DNA from: Actinomycetales bacterium
GTDB lineage: Bacteria > Actinomycetota > Actinomycetes > Actinomycetales > CAVURS01
Reading direction: 5' to 3'
DNA: 64,000 bases
Assembly (NCBI GenBank): GCA_045807245.1
Contig: JBJMHS010000020.1
Span: 1,662 to 65,661, forward strand
Positions 50,176-64,000 of the stretch are shown here, in pieces; the stretch's first letter is position 1, and the number at the start of each line of letters is the position of its first letter. The notes under the pieces are model-generated. The model had not been told where the DNA came from. It was given only the letters and a program-made list of their open reading frames with translations, and did not search any database. The translations under genes and the position numbers were made by a program.

Positions 50176-52703
50176 TGCGCGTCCCGGTCCCCTGGCTGGC
50201 CGAGTACGCCGACGTACCCGACGGAACGTCGGCGGCCGACGTGGCGTCGGCCCTCTGGCGGGTCGGCCTCGAGGAGGAGGCAGTCCACGGCGGGGCCTTG
50301 TCCGGGCCTGTCGTCGTCGGCCGGGTCGTCGACTTCGTCGAGGAGCCGCAGCGGAACGGCAAGACGATCCGGTGGTGTCACGTCGACGTCGGTGGCCGGT
50401 CTGAGGATGGTGCTCCACGCGGAATCGTCTGCGGCGCGAGGAACTTCGAGGTCGACGACCTGGTGGTCGTGGCGCTGCCCGGGGCGGTGCTGCCCGGTGG
50501 GTTCGAGATCTCGGCGCGCAAGACCTACGGGCACGTCTCCGACGGGATGATCTGCTCCGCCCACGAGCTGGACCTCGGTGACGACCACGCCGGCATCCTC
50601 GTGCTCTCCACGATCGGCATCGGCCAGGACGGCAGCATCTCACCGGGCGTGGACGCCGTCCCGCTGCTCGGGCTGGCCGAGCAGGTGCTCGAGATCAACG
50701 TGACGCCCGATCGTGGCTACTGCTTCAGCCTGCGCGGGGTCGCGCGCGAGTACGCCCAGGCGACGGGCGTGGCGTTCCGGGACCCGGCCGATGTCGGGCT
50801 GCCCGAGGCAGCCGGACCGGGGTACGAGGTCCGGGTCGAGGACGGTGCGCCGCTGCGCGGCCGCGTGGGGTGCGACCGGTACGTCGCCCGCGTCATCCGT
50901 GGGGTCGACCCTATGCGGCCGTCGCCGTTCTGGATGCAGCGCCGCCTGCGTCAGGCCGGGATGCGTCCCATCTCGCTCGCCGTCGACGCCACGAACTACG
51001 TCATGCTTGCCACTGGGCAACCATTGCACGCGTTCGACCTCGCCACCCTGAGCGGTGCGATCGTCGTACGGCGGGCCCGGCCCGGCGAGCGGCACACCAC
51101 GCTGGACGACGTCGAGCGCGCCTTGGCCGGCGAGGACCTCGTGATCACCGATGGCGGAGACCACGTGCTCGGCATCGCGGGTGTCATGGGCGGTGCGACC
51201 AGTGAGGTCTCGCCCACGACCAGCGCGGTGCTGGTCGAGGCGGCGCACTTCGACCCGGTGTCGGTCGCCCGGTCGGCCCGGCGGCATAAGCTGTCGACGG
51301 AGGCGAGCCGGCGGTTCGAGCGGGGTGTGGACCCAGAGCTGGCGCCGTACGCGGCCGAGCTTGTGGTCCGGCTGCTGGTGGAGTACGGCGGTGGCACACC
51401 GGATGCCGGCGTGACTGATGTCGGCTCGCGCGAGGCGCCGGAGACGATCACCCTGCCCCTCGACCTGGCGTCTCGCCTGGTCGGCGTGGAGTACGACGCG
51501 GAGCAGGTGGTGGGATCGCTCGAGGCCGTGGGGGTCGCGGTCGAGCGCTCCGGCGAGGCCTTGCTGGCCACGCCGCCGTCGTGGCGACCGGACCTGCGCA
51601 TCCCGGTCGACCTGGTCGAGGAGGTGGCTCGGCTGGTCGGCTACGACCGCATCCCCAGCGAGCTCCCGGTGGCGCCACCGGGCCGCGGGCTGACCAAGGT
51701 CCAGCGCGCGCGCAGGTCGGTGTCGCGAACGCTCGCCGACCTTGGCTGCGTCGAGGTGCTCAGCTATCCCTTCGTCTCTCCGTCGGTGCACGACGAGTTC
51801 GGCCTGGCCGCTGACGACCCGCGGCGCAACGCGGCTCGCCTGGCCAACCCCCTGTCGGACGAGCAGCCGGAGCTGCGGACGTCGGTGCTCGCAACGCTGC
51901 TGCCGGTGTTGCGGCGCAACGTCAGCCGCGGGGCCCGAGACCTCGCCGTGTTCGAGCTCGGGTCGGTGACCCGGCCGCACCCCGGCGACTCGGCGACGGC
52001 CCCGTCGCCGGCCGTCGTCGCGCGGCCGAGCGACGACGAGCTGGCCGCCTTGGAGGCAACGGTGCCGCCACAGCCGGGCCGGCTGGCACTGGCTCTTGCC
52101 GGTGACCGGGAGCCACGCGGGTGGTGGGGCGGTGGACGCGCCGGCGACTGGGCGGACGCCGTGGCGGTGGCCCGGTCGGTCGCCGACGTGCTCGAGGTCG
52201 GCCTGCGGGTCAGTGCCGACCGGGAGCACGCGCCGTGGCACCCAGGACGCTGCGCCCGGCTCACACTGGACGACGGGACGCTCGTCGGTCACGCCGGCGA
52301 GCTGCACCCACAGGTCGTCGAGGCGCTGGAGCTACCCCCGCGGACGTGCGCCGCCGAGCTGGACCTCGACGTGCTCGTGGCCGCTGCGCCCGATGTCGTC
52401 CTCGCGGCCCCGCTGTCGACGTACCCGCTGGCGCTGCAGGACGTTGCCCTCGTGGTCGAGCGGTCGGTGCCGGCGGGCGACGTCGAAGCCGCCCTGCGCG
52501 CCGGCGGCGGAGTGCTGGTCGAGTCGGTCGAGCTGTTCGACGTGTACACCGGGCCGCAGGTCGGGGACGGCAACAAGTCCCTCGCCTACCGCCTCGGCCT
52601 ACGGGCGCCGGACCGCACCCTGACCGCCGACGAGGCGAGCGCAGCCCGCGCGGCCGCCGTCGAGGAGGCCACCCGCCGTACCGGAGCCCGTCAGCGCACC
52701 TGA
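50175..52703 (+). CDS. pheT: Phenylalanyl-tRNA synthetase beta subunit
   Basis: MRVPVPWL, IVCGA.N, TPDRGYC, RFERGVD, DLVEEVAR, LFDVY.G..KSLA. Confidence 0.97.
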
Positions 52704-52736
52704 CCCGCGTTGCATCCGCCTGGTCCCCGACGAAGG

Positions 52737-56012
<3,276 letters not shown>

Positions 56013-56019
56013 GCGCGCC

Positions 56020-56926
56020 ATGACCAGTACGGCGAAGCAGAAGGCCGAGGTCCTGGTCGAGGCCCTGCCCTGGCTGGAGCGGTTCCACGGAGCGCTCGTG
56101 GTGGTGAAGTACGGCGGCCACGCGATGGCCGACCCCGAGCTGACCGCTGCCTTCGCCGAGGACATCGTCTTCCTGCGCTACGCCGGACTCCGGCCGGTCG
56201 TCGTCCACGGCGGCGGACCACAGATCAACCGGATGCTCGCGCGTCTCGGCATCACCAGTGAGTTCCGCGGCGGGCTTCGCGTGACGAGCCCGGAGGCCAT
56301 GGACGTGGTCCGGATGGTGCTGACCGGGCAGGTCGGCCGCGAGGTCGTCGGCCTGATCAACCACCACGGACCCTTCGCGGTCGGGCTGTCGGGGGAGGAC
56401 GCGGGCCTGTTCGGCGCGCGCCGGCGGGCCACCGTGGTTGACGGCGAGGACGTCGACCTGGGCCTGGTCGGCGACGTCGTCCAGGTCCGGCCCGAGGCGG
56501 TGCACGACCTGCTGGAGGCGGGTCGGATCCCGGTGGTGTCGACGGTCGCGCCCGACCTCGACGCCGGCAACGGCCAGGTGCTCAACGTCAACGCGGACAC
56601 GGCCGCCGCTGCGCTGGCCGTGGCGCTGGGCGCGCAGAAGCTCGTCGTCCTCACCGACGTCGAGGGTGTCTACGCCAGCTGGCCCGACCCGGCGTCGTTG
56701 GTGCACGAGCTGACCGCGAAGGAGGCGGAGGCTCTGCTGCCGCAGCTCGAGGCCGGGATGGTGCCGAAGATGGAGGCCTGCCTGAGTGCGGTCCGCGGTG
56801 GCGTACCTCAGGCGCACATCGTCGACGGCCGCGTGGCGCACTCGATCCTGCTGGAGGTCTTCACGTCCGAGGGGATCGGCACCATGGTCCTGCCGGACGA
56901 CGTCCCGACCGACGAGGTGCGACCCG

Positions 56927-56934
<8 letters not shown>
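56020..56934 (+). CDS. argB: Acetylglutamate kinase
   Basis: [24 protein letters not shown]. Confidence 0.96.
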
Positions 56935-62471
<5,537 letters not shown>

Positions 62472-62485
62472 GTGTTGCGGGCGCA

Positions 62486-62503
62486 GTGTGGAAACTCTCA
62501 CAC
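62486..62503. promoter_or_regulatory. CRP/GlxR- or Rex-like palindrome upstream of the sdh operon
   Basis: gtgtggaaactctcacac; TGTGG-N6-TCACA has one mismatch to TGTGA-N6-TCACA. Confidence 0.55.
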
Positions 62504-62599
62504 CGTCCAGGCGGCCCTTTCCTTTGCCATCGTCACGCAGCGCTAGCAAGATGCGCCGTGGGGCCGCGACGAGGCGTGCCTCGACCGAAAGGTACGTCC

Positions 62600-63424
62600 A
62601 TGAGCGTGCAGGACAAGCCGGCCTACACCGCAGGTGTGGGCCATCCGACGCGGGCCAGCATCGCCGAGCGGACCCTGCGCACCGACCGCTGGTGGCTCTC
62701 GCCCCTGCTGTACGTCATCGGGTTCACCGCCTGGCTGGTCTACGGTGTCGTCCGCGCGGCGACGCAGAGCGACTACTGGGTCCCGGCGTACCACTACCTC
62801 ACGCCGTTCGCGTCGCCCTGCCTGTCCTCGTCCTGCGCACCGGGCTCGAGCGTCTTCGGCACACCGTTCCCCGACTTCCCGCCGCTCCTGCCGTTCGCGG
62901 CCCTGACCCTGCCGTTCCTGCTCGGCTTCCGGCTGACGTGCTACTACTACCGCAAGGCCTACTACCGGGCGTTCTGGCTGTCGCCGCCGGCCTGTGCGGT
63001 GGCCGAGCCGCACGCGTCGTACACCGGTGAGCGCCGGTTCCCGCTGGTCCTGCAGAACGCGCACCGCTACTTCTTCTACGCCGCGTTCCTGATCTCGATC
63101 ATCAACACCTGGGACGTCATCGACGCCTTCCACGGCAAGGATCACGGGTTCGGGATCGGGTTGGGCACCGTGATCATGCTGGTCAACGTGCTGCTGCTCT
63201 GGGCGTACACGTTGTCCTGCCACAGCTGCCGGCACATCACGGCCGGGCGCATCAACAACTTCAGCCGGCACCCGGTGCGGTACTGGGCCTGGCTGCAGGT
63301 GTCCAAGCTGAACAAGCGGCACATGCAGCTGGCCCTGGTCACGCTGGTCTCCCTGGTCGTCGTCGACGCCTACATCGCCCTTGTGGCCGCCGGCCACATC
63401 TCGGACCTGAGGATCGTCAATTGA
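62600..63424 (+). CDS. Sdh1-type succinate dehydrogenase membrane anchor (Rv0249c-like)
   Basis: RLTCYYYRKAYYR, YTGE.RFPL..QN.HRY, SCHSCRH; AAAGG RBS; stop overlaps the sdhA start. Confidence 0.82.
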   Translation: MSVQDKPAYTAGVGHPTRASIAERTLRTDRWWLSPLLYVIGFTAWLVYGVVRAATQSDYWVPAYHYLTPFASPCLSSSCAPGSSVFGTPFPDFPPLLPFAALTLPFLLGFRLTCYYYRKAYYRAFWLSPPACAVAEPHASYTGERRFPLVLQNAHRYFFYAAFLISIINTWDVIDAFHGKDHGFGIGLGTVIMLVNVLLLWAYTLSCHSCRHITAGRINNFSRHPVRYWAWLQVSKLNKRHMQLALVTLVSLVVVDAYIALVAAGHISDLRIVN

Positions 63425-64000
63425 CCGAGATCGAGCGTCACTCCTACGACGTCGTCGTCATCGGCGCCGGTGGCGCCGGGCTGCGGGCGGCCATCGAGGC
63501 CCGCGAAGCCGGGCTGCGCACGGCGATCGTCTGCAAGTCGCTGTTCGGCAAGGCGCACACGGTCATGGCCGAGGGCGGGATTGCCGCGTCCATGGGCAAC
63601 GCGAACAGCAATGACAACTGGCAGGTGCACTTCCGCGACACCATGCGCGGAGGCAAGTTCCTCAACAACCCGCGGATGGCCGAGCTGCACGCGAAGGAAG
63701 CGCCACAGCGGGTCTGGGAGCTCGAGACGTACGGCGCGCTGTTCGACCGCACGGCCGACGGCCGGATCAGCCAGCGCAACTTCGGGGGTCACGAGTACCC
63801 CCGCCTCGCGCACGTCGGTGACCGCACCGGCCTCGAGCTGATCCGCACGCTGCAGCAGAAGATCGTCTCCTTGCAGCAGGAGGACGAGCGCGAGTTCGGG
63901 GACCTCGACGCGCGGATCCGGGTGTACGCCGAGTGCACGGTCACCGACCTGTTGCGCGACGAGTCCGTGCCCGACGGCCCGATCGCCGGTGCCTTCGCCT
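63421..64000 (+). CDS. sdhA: Succinate dehydrogenase/fumarate reductase flavoprotein, 5' part (runs off window end)
   Basis: TTG start; DVVVIGAGGAGLRAA FAD motif, KAHTVMAEGG, RNFGGH. Confidence 0.92.
   Translation, partial: MTEIERHSYDVVVIGAGGAGLRAAIEAREAGLRTAIVCKSLFGKAHTVMAEGGIAASMGNANSNDNWQVHFRDTMRGGKFLNNPRMAELHAKEAPQRVWELETYGALFDRTADGRISQRNFGGHEYPRLAHVGDRTGLELIRTLQQKIVSLQQEDEREFGDLDARIRVYAECTVTDLLRDESVPDGPIAGAFA

Overview
High-GC actinobacterial chromosomal segment; a Kineosporiales/Micrococcales-like origin is inferred from gene order and content only. It is mostly core genome. In order: a small accessory patch (partial secreted protein, two STAS anti-anti-sigma genes, small hypotheticals); a moxR-DUF58-transglutaminase operon divergent from the dcw cluster (mraZ to ftsZ, yggS, sepF, yggT, divIVA); dksA-like, lspA, rluD, a PLP decarboxylase and dnaE; a partial his operon with two inserted unknown genes; infC-rpmI-rplT; a TrmH methyltransferase, an orphan PAS kinase and pheST; a quinone oxidoreductase; argCJBDFRGH; and the start of an Sdh1-type succinate dehydrogenase operon. 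I saw no rRNA, tRNA, CRISPR array, prophage or transposase, and I cannot point to an unambiguous new multi-gene system. The most interesting signals are non-coding: a terminator/antiterminator switch in the infC leader, MraZ-type boxes facing both directions, a perfect PafBC-type promoter motif at dnaE, a 23-bp bidirectional leaderless promoter, a LexA-like box before a small unknown gene, and a structured inverted-repeat element. Histone-like tails on DksA and IF3 are also notable. All calls are by eye, with no database searches.
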